From an uncultured bacterium (lineage in GTDB: Bacteria; DYJV01), in contig CAZBLP010000001.1 in NCBI GenBank assembly GCA_964492825.1, positions 11,054-75,053 of the forward strand: 64,000 nt of DNA, given 5' to 3'. Positions 53,282-62,718 of the stretch are shown here, one piece after another. The position numbers and the translations under genes are program-made. Position 1 is the stretch's first letter. Each line of letters opens with the position of its first letter. The notes below the pieces were generated by a model that worked only from the letters and a program-made list of their open reading frames with translations, had not been told where the DNA came from and searched no databases.

Positions 53282-54130
53282 ATGCTTGAATTATTCGAAT
53301 ATATAAAAAAATTAAATATTAAAATAAAATTTCTTTCTACTGATATTTTTGCAGGAGAATATGCAAGTGCATTTAAAGGCAGAGGTATTGAATTTGAAGA
53401 AGTCAGAGAATATATAGTTGGCGATGATATTAAATCAATAGATTGGAATACCACTGCTAAAACTGGTAGGTTGCATACCAAAGTTTTCAGAGAAGAGAGA
53501 GAATTAACATCAATAATTCTGTTAGACACATCTACTTCAATGAATTTCGGTTCCAAATGGGTGTTTAAATCAGACCTTGCCACAGAAATAGCAGCTCTTT
53601 TTTCATACACAGCCATAAAGAATAATGACAAAGTAGGCTTGATTCTGTTTGATAAAGAAGTCCATACATATATTTTACCTAAAAAAGGCAGAAATCATAT
53701 CTGGCATATAATCAAGACAATGGTCAACAATAAAAACCACAATAAAAAAACAGATATTAACGAGGCTCTTAAATTTTTATCAAATACAATAAAAAAGAAA
53801 AGTATAGCATTTGTAATTTCAGATTTTATAACAAACAAGGATTTTCTTACTTCATTTAAATCATTGAAAAAAAATTTTGATTTTGTTCCAATAATTATAA
53901 CTGATCCTTTTGAGGAACGTTTGAATTTGTCAAAAAAATTTATTTTAAGTTTTAAAGATTGTGAATCTGAAAATAGTTACAAAGGATATATTGATTTTGA
54001 AAATAATATGAAAAAAATAATTAGCAGAGAATTTAAAAGAATTAATATTTATCCCTTAGAGATAAAGACAAATAAGCCTTATTTACCTGAAATTGTAAAA
54101 TACTTTAGAGCAAGGAGAAAAACATTATAA
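53282..54130 (+). CDS. DUF58-family protein (vWA-like, MoxR partner)
   Basis: Conserved position after MoxR. REYIVGDDIKSIDWN resembles the DUF58 signature. Confidence 0.75.
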   Translation: MLELFEYIKKLNIKIKFLSTDIFAGEYASAFKGRGIEFEEVREYIVGDDIKSIDWNTTAKTGRLHTKVFREERELTSIILLDTSTSMNFGSKWVFKSDLATEIAALFSYTAIKNNDKVGLILFDKEVHTYILPKKGRNHIWHIIKTMVNNKNHNKKTDINEALKFLSNTIKKKSIAFVISDFITNKDFLTSFKSLKKNFDFVPIIITDPFEERLNLSKKFILSFKDCESENSYKGYIDFENNMKKIISREFKRINIYPLEIKTNKPYLPEIVKYFRARRKTL

Positions 54131-54198
54131 AAAGGACAGTTTTTTTTATTATACTTTGCTTTGTTTCTGTTTCAGCTCTTTTTGCTGAAAATTTTCAG

Positions 54199-55032
54199 GT
54201 GAATATTACCTATGATAAAAACAAAATCTATCTGGGAGAATTAGTTAAATTCACTATAAAAATCGACTCTGATATAAACATTAAAAATATTAATTCAAAT
54301 TTAAAGAATAAATTACAGGATTTTGGAATTTCAGAAATAACCAAAAATTTAGACAATAAAAAAGTTGTTTATAATTTTAATTTACAGTTTTTTAAAACCG
54401 GCACAGTTAAAATTCCGTCAATTGAGTTTAATATAACAACTGAAAAGGGCAATTATAAAATATATTCAAATTCTTTAAATGTGGATATTTTATCCAATTT
54501 AAAAGATAATGAAAGTTTTCATGATATTAAACCTCCTGAAAAAGTAGGTTTTTATTTAACAACAAGAGAATTTTTGATTTTATCAATTATTATTTCATTA
54601 ATTATCTTATTAATGTTTCTTTTTAGATATTTAAAAAACAGAATAAGCACAAAAGAGCATTCTGTAAAATTAAGTCCAATTGAAGAGTTTAATGATAGGT
54701 GTAAAATATGTGAAAAATTACTGAACAGAAGTGATTTAAAAGGATTTTATTTTAAAATTTCAGAAGCAGCAAGGATCTATTTTGACAGAATTTACAATAT
54801 TCACACACTTGAGGCTACAATAAAAGAGATAAAATATATATTTGAAAATAATTTATCAGTTGATGGAAGCATTAAAAATGAGATTATAAATTTGTTTAAA
54901 AAATGGGATTTTTACAAATTTACAGGGAATTTTCCCAGTATTGAAGAAGCTAAAAAAGATTTCAGAAAAATAAAGAATATAATTGAGCTTATAGAAGAAC
55001 TTACGCAGCAGAAAGATAAAAACAATGTATAG
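54199..55032 (+). CDS. Bat-operon membrane protein (DUF4381-like, single TM); N-terminus uncertain
   Basis: GTG start in the ORF track. The in-frame upstream sequence encodes a signal-peptide-like IIKRTVFFIILCFVSVSALFA, preceded by AAGGAG but with no ATG/GTG/TTG start. A central TM helix LILSIIISLIILLMFLF is present. Confidence 0.5.
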   Translation: MNITYDKNKIYLGELVKFTIKIDSDINIKNINSNLKNKLQDFGISEITKNLDNKKVVYNFNLQFFKTGTVKIPSIEFNITTEKGNYKIYSNSLNVDILSNLKDNESFHDIKPPEKVGFYLTTREFLILSIIISLIILLMFLFRYLKNRISTKEHSVKLSPIEEFNDRCKICEKLLNRSDLKGFYFKISEAARIYFDRIYNIHTLEATIKEIKYIFENNLSVDGSIKNEIINLFKKWDFYKFTGNFPSIEEAKKDFRKIKNIIELIEELTQQKDKNNV

Positions 55033-56011
55033 ATTTGAAAATCCCGAATATTTTTTATTGATTTTTTTAATTCCTTTTATACTTTATTATTACAATCTAA
55101 TTCAGAATAGATTGAAATTTAGCTATTCTGTTGCTGATTATATAGGCAGTAACAATAAATTTTTCTTTTATTTCCGCAATTTTATTAATTTGTTTGTTTT
55201 AATTTTTTTAATTTTTTCTCTTGCTAATTTGCAAAAAATAGAATCAATTACAAATACTACTGCAAAAGGTATAAATATTTTAATCACCCTTGATAGTTCC
55301 GGAAGCATGGCAGCACTTGATTTTCGCAGAAAAGGTAAAGAGATGACCAGATTGGATGCGTTAAAATCAGTAGTAAATGATTTTATTAATAAACGGCTTA
55401 ATGACAAAATTGGACTTGTGGTTTTTGGCAAAGAAGCATTTACCCAATGCCCATTAACCATTGACCATGAAACATTACATTTTCTTGTTAATAGAATAGA
55501 GCTTGGTATGGCAGGAGATAGCACTGCCATAGGCTCAGCAATGCTTTTGTCTATAAAAAGATTAAAAGATGTTAAAAGTAAATCCAAAATTATTATTCTT
55601 GTTACTGACGGTAGAAATAACAGTGGCAAGGTTAACCCTATTACAGCTGCAAAACTTGCAAAAGAGTATGGGATTAAAATTTATACAATTGGCATAGGTA
55701 GTAAAGGTAAACCTGTTCCAATAATTCAAAGAACACCTTTTGGATTAAGGAAAATATTGGTAAATGTGGATTTGGATGATTATACTTTAAAACAAATAGC
55801 AGAAATAACAGGTGCAAAGTATTATAATGCAGCTAATTTCAAAGCTTTGAAGAAGATAATTAATGATATTAACAAAATTGAAAAAACCAAATTCAAAGTA
55901 AAAAAATATGTGCAAAGAACATATTTATACTATTATTTTCTTGCAGTTTTTTTAATTTTATTAATTTTTAAAATATTTTACTTTAATTTTTATAAAATAG
56001 AAATTCCGTAA
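55025..56011 (+). CDS. batA: BatA-like vWA-domain membrane protein
   Basis: N-terminal TM helices and a vWA MIDAS motif (DSSGSM), with a C-terminal TM helix. Confidence 0.75.
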   Translation: MYRFENPEYFLLIFLIPFILYYYNLIQNRLKFSYSVADYIGSNNKFFFYFRNFINLFVLIFLIFSLANLQKIESITNTTAKGINILITLDSSGSMAALDFRRKGKEMTRLDALKSVVNDFINKRLNDKIGLVVFGKEAFTQCPLTIDHETLHFLVNRIELGMAGDSTAIGSAMLLSIKRLKDVKSKSKIIILVTDGRNNSGKVNPITAAKLAKEYGIKIYTIGIGSKGKPVPIIQRTPFGLRKILVNVDLDDYTLKQIAEITGAKYYNAANFKALKKIINDINKIEKTKFKVKKYVQRTYLYYYFLAVFLILLIFKIFYFNFYKIEIP

Positions 56012-56034
56012 TACTCAATGAACTGGAGTGGTTA

Positions 56035-57741
56035 ATGACGTTTAAAAATCAAGGTGTTTTGCTATTGCTTTTACTTGCGCCTTTTATTTTGTTGAGTTTT
56101 CACTATTCATATTTAAAGAGAGAGCGGTTTATAAAAAGTTTTTTCTCAACTTCTAATTTTGCCAAAATAGGAGTTTTTAGAAGCAGAGGCAAACTTTTTC
56201 TAAAATCTTTATTTATAACATTAGCCTATTGTATGGCTGTAATAGCTTTGGCAGGCCCCAGGTACGGGTTTAAAGATATTAATTTGTCCACTATTGGCAA
56301 CAATGTTTTTATAGCAATAGACACATCAAAGAGTATGAATGCTCAGGATATAAAACCTGACAGAATTACAGTTGCAAAGAGAAAAATAATAGATTTTGTA
56401 AATAATGCAAAAGGTGAGAGAATAGCTCTGATTCCTTTTGCAGGCCAGCCTTATATGTTGATACCATTAACAACAGATTATTCTATTTTTAAATCTTTTA
56501 TAGATATTGTTGATACAGATTTAATACCTGTGCAAAGTACTGATTTTTATAATCTTATAAATAGAATGGCCAAGGTTATTTCAAAATATAAATTAACCAA
56601 TGTAGCGCTTCTAATTTTATCAGACGGAGAAGATTTTGGAGGAAACATTGATGCTGCAATAAAACTTTGCAAAAATTATAAAATAACAATTTATGCTATT
56701 GGCATAGGTAGTGGAGAACCTGCTCCCATACCGCTTAAAAACGGGGGGTTTAAAAAAGACAAGAATGGAAGCCTGATAACCACAAGATTAAATGAAAAAT
56801 TTCTTGAAAACTTAGCTTTGTCTACAAATGGAGTTTATGTAAAATCTACATCTACATCAGAAGATATTGAATTTATATATAAAAAAATAGCTGCAAATAA
56901 TAAAATTAATAAAGCTGCAATATATAAAAAAAGGATTTATTTCAATAGGTTTCAATGGTTTTTAATGTTGAGTTTCATATTTTTATGTTTTTATTTTGTT
57001 ATTAATGAAAAGAAACTTAAATCTGTAATAACATTAATTTTAATGGTAATGATTTTTCAAATATCCCCTTTATTAGCAAATCCGTATTTTAACAACAAAA
57101 GAGGCATTAGCTCCTTTAATAAACATCAATATAGAGAATCAATAGAATATTTCAATAAAGCCTTTAAAGAGGATAAGAATCTTAAATTTAAATTTAATTT
57201 AGGAGATTCTTTGTATAAATTAAAAAAATATGATAATAGCAGTAGAGCTTTTACCTCAATTATAGATAAATCAAAAAGCAGCATTTTAAAAGAGAAAGCA
57301 TTTTACAATAGAGGTGTAATTAATTATACACAAAAAAAATTTAAAAAAGCCCTTGATGATTTTAAATTAGCCATTAAATTAAATCCTGAAGACAAAGAAG
57401 CAAGAATTAATTATGAGCTTACATTAAAAAAATTACAACAGAAGCAAAAAAATCAGAAACACCGGCAAAAGAATAACAATCAACAGAAGCAAAAAAAGAA
57501 GAAAAAACAAAAGAATCAGCAAAATCAGCAAAAAAATAAACAGAATGAAAGTAAAAAGCATAAAGAGAATCCTTCTGAGTTAAAAAAACAAAAAAAGAAT
57601 AATGCTGCACAAAATAAAGACAAAGAAAAGATAGATAAAAAACTATTGAACCTCTACAATGACAATAAAGTTTTCTTAAAACAAGCAATAAAAAAACATT
57701 TTCTAATGCATAAATACAAAAATCCTGAGAAGGATTGGTAA
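56035..57741 (+). CDS. batB: BatB-like vWA protein fused to TPR (BatC-like) with a K/Q-rich low-complexity tail
   Basis: vWA MIDAS motif DTSKSM; TPR repeats after the second TM region; a roughly 100-aa K/Q/N-rich tail. Confidence 0.7.
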   Translation: MTFKNQGVLLLLLLAPFILLSFHYSYLKRERFIKSFFSTSNFAKIGVFRSRGKLFLKSLFITLAYCMAVIALAGPRYGFKDINLSTIGNNVFIAIDTSKSMNAQDIKPDRITVAKRKIIDFVNNAKGERIALIPFAGQPYMLIPLTTDYSIFKSFIDIVDTDLIPVQSTDFYNLINRMAKVISKYKLTNVALLILSDGEDFGGNIDAAIKLCKNYKITIYAIGIGSGEPAPIPLKNGGFKKDKNGSLITTRLNEKFLENLALSTNGVYVKSTSTSEDIEFIYKKIAANNKINKAAIYKKRIYFNRFQWFLMLSFIFLCFYFVINEKKLKSVITLILMVMIFQISPLLANPYFNNKRGISSFNKHQYRESIEYFNKAFKEDKNLKFKFNLGDSLYKLKKYDNSSRAFTSIIDKSKSSILKEKAFYNRGVINYTQKKFKKALDDFKLAIKLNPEDKEARINYELTLKKLQQKQKNQKHRQKNNNQQKQKKKKKQKNQQNQQKNKQNESKKHKENPSELKKQKKNNAAQNKDKEKIDKKLLNLYNDNKVFLKQAIKKHFLMHKYKNPEKDW

Positions 57742-57753
57742 TAGAGGTATAAG

Positions 57754-59463
57754 TTGAGAAATATATTAAAGTTAATTATTTTTATGTTTATCTTATGTTC
57801 TGTGGCAATTTCTCATGCAAAAGAGAGTATAGTTCTGTCAGTGGATTCTACTAATCTTGTTATAGGGCAAAGCACAAATTTAAGCATTACAATTAGCAAT
57901 GTTTCAACATCTGAAAAACCTGAAATAAAAAATATTTCCGATTTTAATATCAGTTATATAGGAACTTCAAGCAGTATATCCATTATAAACGGCAGTTTTA
58001 AGTCCAATAAAACATATACTTATATTTTGGTGCCACTTAAAAAAGGAAAGTTTACAATAGGCCCTGCTGTTCTAACCTCGAAAGGAAAGGTTTACAAGAG
58101 CAACACAGTGGTAATATCAGTTTCTGATAGACCTGTTGCCAGAGGAAAAAAGGAAAATAAGAATATATTTTTAGTTGTAAATGCAAATAAAAGTAATGTT
58201 AAGCTAAATGAAGAAGTTATTTTAGATGTGAAATTATACAGGCGTATAGAACTATACAATATGAGAATAAAAGTTCCTGATTTAAACGAGTTTCTTATTA
58301 CCAAACTTACAAATGCACAGGAATATATAGAGCCTTTTAATGGCATAAAATATTATGTTGATGAATTAAAGTATTCATTAATTCCCACTGAAACTGGAAA
58401 ATTTACAATTCCACCGTTTATACTTTACGGTGAAAAACCTCTGTCAGATTCACCTGTTGGAGGATTTTTTAAAAATCCTTTTATTGCTGGTGAAACAAAG
58501 CAGATTTCTGTACCAAGCAATAGTTTAAAAATTACTGTTAACCCGTTAAAAGACAATGTTTATGCAGTGGGGGATTATAGTTTTTCATGTAGTATTGATA
58601 AAGATAGAGTTAAGGTAGGAGAGAGTATTACTTTTACATTTAAGATTTCAGGTTCCGGAGATCTTAATTTTTCTCAAAATTTAAAATTGCCTAAAATTAA
58701 AGGTTTAAAGTATTATCCTGACAAACCAAAGGTTTCAGTTAAATCTTCAAAAAATGGTTTAATAAGCAGTAAAATTGAAAAAATAGCAATTATCCCTGAA
58801 AAAAGCGGTTTTTATAAAATATCAAAACTGAAAATTTTATTTTATAATCCCAGGAAAAATAAATATGAGCGATTTTTTTTGCCTAAAATTTCATTTGATG
58901 TATTTGCAAGCAACAAGAGTAAATTAAAAGTTGTTGAATCAAACAATAAGAACCAGAGCAAAAGCCAAGAAGTTACTTCTGAAGAAACGATTGATACAAT
59001 TATTACTAACCAACCTATTGAGAATCAGATGATTTTCATATCATTTTATAAAATTCTCATATTCTACATTATACCTATAATAATTTTAATTGTAAGTTAT
59101 TTATTGAGATATTCTTATCTTATAAGAAGAGCCAATTATAAAAAAATAATTCAATCAAATGCTTTTAATAATTTCAAAAAATTTATTAATCAAACTGACG
59201 ATATAGAGCAGATCAGCAATGGAATAAAAAAATATTTTTCAGAGAAAACAGGAAATATTGAGCATTCTTATACATTTAAAGAGATTATCTTAATTCTGGA
59301 AAAATATGAAATTGAGAAAAGTATTATTGAAAAGTTGCAGGGTATTTTATCAAATATAGAAAAAGTTCAGTTTGCTAAATCTGGTAATATTGATATTCAG
59401 TTAATTAAAAATGAAATTATAAGATTGATTGATAAAATTGATAAAAAAATGAGGTTTAAATAA
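57754..59463 (+). CDS. batD: BatD-like protein
   Basis: 569 aa, signal peptide, a TM helix near the C-terminus, and the operon position all fit BatD. Confidence 0.6.
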   Translation: MRNILKLIIFMFILCSVAISHAKESIVLSVDSTNLVIGQSTNLSITISNVSTSEKPEIKNISDFNISYIGTSSSISIINGSFKSNKTYTYILVPLKKGKFTIGPAVLTSKGKVYKSNTVVISVSDRPVARGKKENKNIFLVVNANKSNVKLNEEVILDVKLYRRIELYNMRIKVPDLNEFLITKLTNAQEYIEPFNGIKYYVDELKYSLIPTETGKFTIPPFILYGEKPLSDSPVGGFFKNPFIAGETKQISVPSNSLKITVNPLKDNVYAVGDYSFSCSIDKDRVKVGESITFTFKISGSGDLNFSQNLKLPKIKGLKYYPDKPKVSVKSSKNGLISSKIEKIAIIPEKSGFYKISKLKILFYNPRKNKYERFFLPKISFDVFASNKSKLKVVESNNKNQSKSQEVTSEETIDTIITNQPIENQMIFISFYKILIFYIIPIIILIVSYLLRYSYLIRRANYKKIIQSNAFNNFKKFINQTDDIEQISNGIKKYFSEKTGNIEHSYTFKEIILILEKYEIEKSIIEKLQGILSNIEKVQFAKSGNIDIQLIKNEIIRLIDKIDKKMRFK

Positions 59464-60242
59464 TGAAATTTCTCATAAAAATAATTTTAATTTTTCCCAT
59501 TGCACTATCTTTATATGCTGGTAATGTTGAGCAATCTGAAATTTATCAATCTTTTGGCAGTGCAAACAAATATTTTCATGAGAAAAATTATAACAAAGCT
59601 ATTGAGCTTTACAAAGAAATTTATAAAAAAGGCATTCATAATGGATATATTTTTTACAATATAGGCACATCTTATATTAAAAAACATGAGCTTGGCAAAA
59701 GTCTATATTGGTACAATAAAGCAAAATTTTTTATTCCATTAAACAGCTCTTTAAATAAAAATATTCAGATAGCTATTAGCAGAAATCAAGATAACATTCC
59801 TGACAAAACTTTTTTTAAATATCTTGAAAGTATTTTTATATTAGGTAAAATTTTTTCTATGAAAATAAACTATTATATTACAACTGGTTTGTTCTTGGTG
59901 CTAATTTTATTTTTAATTATAAAAAATTTTGTAATTAATTTGAAAAAAAAATATATTCTTAACAGAGCTATAATTTTTTCATTAGTTTTATTTGTAATTT
60001 TTTCCATTAATCTTATTTTTGAATATTATGAATATAATTTTCTAAATACAGGATACATTATTGCAAACAATACCTCTGTTAAAGATGATTACAACATAGA
60101 TGCAAATACCATTGCCACTGTTAATGACGGCACAAAAGTGTTTATTTTATCAGGTAATGATAAGTTTTACAAAATAAAGCTTTTAAACAAGCTTGAAGGC
60201 TGGGTGTTGAAAAGCAAAGTTATAAATAAAGAGAATGAATAG
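59463..60242 (+). CDS. batE: BatE-like TPR plus SH3b-domain protein
   Basis: N-terminal TPR repeats, TM helices, and a C-terminal SH3_3-like region (TGYIIANNTSVKDDYNIDANTIATVNDGTKVFILSGNDKFYKIKLLNKLEGWVLKSKV). Confidence 0.6.
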   Translation: MKFLIKIILIFPIALSLYAGNVEQSEIYQSFGSANKYFHEKNYNKAIELYKEIYKKGIHNGYIFYNIGTSYIKKHELGKSLYWYNKAKFFIPLNSSLNKNIQIAISRNQDNIPDKTFFKYLESIFILGKIFSMKINYYITTGLFLVLILFLIIKNFVINLKKKYILNRAIIFSLVLFVIFSINLIFEYYEYNFLNTGYIIANNTSVKDDYNIDANTIATVNDGTKVFILSGNDKFYKIKLLNKLEGWVLKSKVINKENE

Positions 60243-60296
60243 TTAAAAATGAATTATGAAAAATTATTTTCGATTTGGTAAAAGGGAGGATACCAC

Positions 60297-61085
60297 ATGG
60301 AATATAAAGTAATCAAGTTTGAAAAAAAAGAGAGAATAGCTTATATCACTTTAAATAATCCTGCTGCTTACAATCCCTATGGCAGGGAGTTAGCCCTTGA
60401 ATTGTATGATGTTATGAAAAAAATAAAATGGGATAATGAAATCAGAGTGGTTGTTATTAAGGCTGTGGGTAAAGCATACTCTGCAGGTGGTGATATCAAG
60501 CAGTTTAAACAAGCAGTTGACAATAAAAAATTTACTGAATTAGTTGAAGATTTAATATTATATCTTAATGCAACTGTGCTTTTAATGAAAAAAATGGATA
60601 AAATTATAATAAGTTTTGTTAATGGAATATGTGCAGGAGTGGGGTTGTCTCTTGCACTAAATACAGATATTAGTATTGCAACGGAAACTTCTCAATTTAT
60701 AGGTGCGTATAACGGGCTTGCAACTACACCTGATGGTGGTTCAAGTTATGTTGTTTTGAAAAATGCAGGTTTACCGAGAACGCTCTGGTTCTTTCTTTCA
60801 AATGAAGCAATATCTGCTAAAGAGGCAAATCAGTGGGGGATTTTAAGTAAAGTTGTTGAGAATGGAACAGGTGAGGCTTATGTTGATAGGTTAGCTGAGA
60901 AAATTGCAAAAGGTCCTTTTAAAGCTAATATTTTAACTAAAAGATTATTTGTGTATGGTGAAAAGGCAAGTTTTGAAGAATATATAGAAATGGAAAAAGA
61001 TGGTATTATTAAATCAACCAGAACAAATGATATGAAAGAGGCTGTTAATTCTTTTATTGAAAAAAGAGAACCTGAATTTGAATAA
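60297..61085 (+). CDS. Enoyl-CoA hydratase/isomerase (crotonase) family protein
   Basis: Crotonase-fold motifs (VVIKAVGKAYSAGGDIK, FVNGICAGVGLSLAL). RBS AAGGGAGG. Confidence 0.75.
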   Translation: MEYKVIKFEKKERIAYITLNNPAAYNPYGRELALELYDVMKKIKWDNEIRVVVIKAVGKAYSAGGDIKQFKQAVDNKKFTELVEDLILYLNATVLLMKKMDKIIISFVNGICAGVGLSLALNTDISIATETSQFIGAYNGLATTPDGGSSYVVLKNAGLPRTLWFFLSNEAISAKEANQWGILSKVVENGTGEAYVDRLAEKIAKGPFKANILTKRLFVYGEKASFEEYIEMEKDGIIKSTRTNDMKEAVNSFIEKREPEFE

Positions 61086-61226
61086 GTAATATTACAAAAT
61101 TGTATCAAGAGTATGCTTTGTTACAATTTTGTAATAGATAAGTTATAACAAAGAATGATTAATAATTAAGAATAGATTTTATGAGATGTAAAACTTAGAA
61201 GAGTATTTAGTGTTTGTGTTAGGATT

Positions 61227-61256
61227 TATAGGGGCGATATTTAAATCGCCCCTATA
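61227..61256. terminator. Bidirectional terminator: 12-bp perfect GC-rich stem TATAGGGGCGAT-atttaa-ATCGCCCCTATA between the convergent hydratase and amt genes
   Basis: Inverted repeat read directly from sequence. It is the only GC-rich element in the 200-bp AT-rich spacer. Confidence 0.6.
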
Positions 61257-61282
61257 AATAATTGATATACTGGAAATTAAGT

Positions 61283-62563
61283 TTAACTGTAAGCTTTTTC
61301 ACTGTGTTCTGACAAATCAAGTCCCATTGCTTCGTCTTCTTCAGATACTTTTAATCCGCCAAGCAAAATACCTATTACTTTTAAAATAATATAAGTTGCT
61401 ATAAGTGAATAAACAACAACTACAGCAGTTCCAATTAGTTGTATAATAAATGTTTTTGCATTTCCAAAAAATAGACCGTTTATACCGTTAATACTTTTTT
61501 GCGCAAAAAGTCCGAGGCAAAGTGTGCCTAATATCCCGCCTATTCCATGAACTCCGAAAACATCAAGAGAATCATCATATTTAAACCTTTCTTTTAACTG
61601 AATTGCATAGTAGCATATTAAAGCTGCTAAAAAACCGATTACAACTGCAAAAACAGGCGATACAAAACCTGATGCTGGGGTTATTGTTGCAAGGCCTGCA
61701 ACTGCTCCTGTGGCACCACCTAAAACTGTTGGTTTGCCGTTTTTTATCCATTCGACTATCAACCATACAAAAAGTGCTGTTGCAGCGGAAATATGAGTGG
61801 TCAAAAATGCATTTACAGCAACTGAATTAACACTTAAGGCACTTCCGGCATTAAAACCAAACCATCCGAACCAGAGTAATCCGGTTCCTAAAACTACCAT
61901 TGGTAAATGATGTGGAAATATTGCCTCTCTTAGAAATGTCCTTCTTTTGCTAACCAGTATTGCAGCAACAAGAGCTGATACACCGCATGTGGCATGAACT
62001 ACCAATCCTCCGGCAAAGTCTGCAACACCTAATTTTGCCAGCCAACCGCCTCCCCATATCCAGTGAACAGCAGGATAATATACTAATAATGACCAAAAAA
62101 TAATGAAAAGCAGATATGCTGAAAATTTAACTCTCTCTGCAATAGCTCCTGAAATTAGAGCAGGTGTAATAATTGCAAACATACATTGATAAATCATAAA
62201 AACAGATGCAGGAATTGTAGGGGCAAAACTTGAAGGTGCAAACCCCACTCCGTTTAGAAACAAGTATTTAAAATCTCCTATGATTCCACCAATATCTCCT
62301 CCAAAAGATAAAGAATAACCTATTATTATCCATTCTAATGTTAAAACACCCATTGCAACGATACTGTGCATAATTGTTGATAGAACATTTTTTTTCCTAA
62401 CAAGTCCTCCGTAAAACAATGCAAGCCCAGGTGTCATAATAAGCACAAGAGCAGCTGATACAAGCATAAAACTTGTATCTATTGTGCTGATTTCATTAAT
62501 ATTTCCGCACCATGCGTTTGTTGCAAATAAAACAGAAAATAAAAAAATTGTAACAATATACAT
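61283..62563 (-). CDS. amt: Ammonium transporter (Amt family)
   Basis: 426 aa with 11 or more TM helices and the Amt signature regions (DFAGGLVVH, GLLWFGWFGFNAGS). Confidence 0.9.
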   Translation of the reverse strand: MYIVTIFLFSVLFATNAWCGNINEISTIDTSFMLVSAALVLIMTPGLALFYGGLVRKKNVLSTIMHSIVAMGVLTLEWIIIGYSLSFGGDIGGIIGDFKYLFLNGVGFAPSSFAPTIPASVFMIYQCMFAIITPALISGAIAERVKFSAYLLFIIFWSLLVYYPAVHWIWGGGWLAKLGVADFAGGLVVHATCGVSALVAAILVSKRRTFLREAIFPHHLPMVVLGTGLLWFGWFGFNAGSALSVNSVAVNAFLTTHISAATALFVWLIVEWIKNGKPTVLGGATGAVAGLATITPASGFVSPVFAVVIGFLAALICYYAIQLKERFKYDDSLDVFGVHGIGGILGTLCLGLFAQKSINGINGLFFGNAKTFIIQLIGTAVVVVYSLIATYIILKVIGILLGGLKVSEEDEAMGLDLSEHSEKAYS

Positions 62564-62610
62564 AATAGATGCCCTCCTTTTTTATATTTATGAATTTTAT
62601 GGGATTCAAT

Positions 62611-62625
62611 GCAAGTGATATGCCA
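62611..62625 (-). promoter_or_regulatory. Sigma-54 (-24/-12) promoter upstream of amt: TGGCAT-N5-TTGCA on the minus strand
   Basis: The plus strand reads GCAAGTGATATGCCA. Its reverse complement TGGCATATCACTTGC fits the TGGCAC-N5-TTGCW consensus with one mismatch, about 45 nt upstream of the amt ATG. Confidence 0.6.
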
Positions 62626-62718
62626 AATTTTCAATTAAGTTAGATCTTGTTTGTTTTTTTGGTTTTTGAGGATTTTTTAATATTCCAAATAATGAGGAAT
62701 AGTTAAAAATATGAATAG

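Noticed and set aside
52535-53631. Several minus-strand ORFs (80-150 aa)
   Set aside because: Antisense to moxR and DUF58 coding regions; no RBS.
55168-55629. 153-aa minus-strand ORF
   Set aside because: Antisense within batA; spurious.
57419-57600. Repetitive cagaagcaaaaaaa / caaaagaa tracts, considered as a tandem repeat or CRISPR-like array
   Set aside because: In-frame low-complexity K/Q/N-rich coding tail of the BatB/C protein. No repeat-spacer periodicity.
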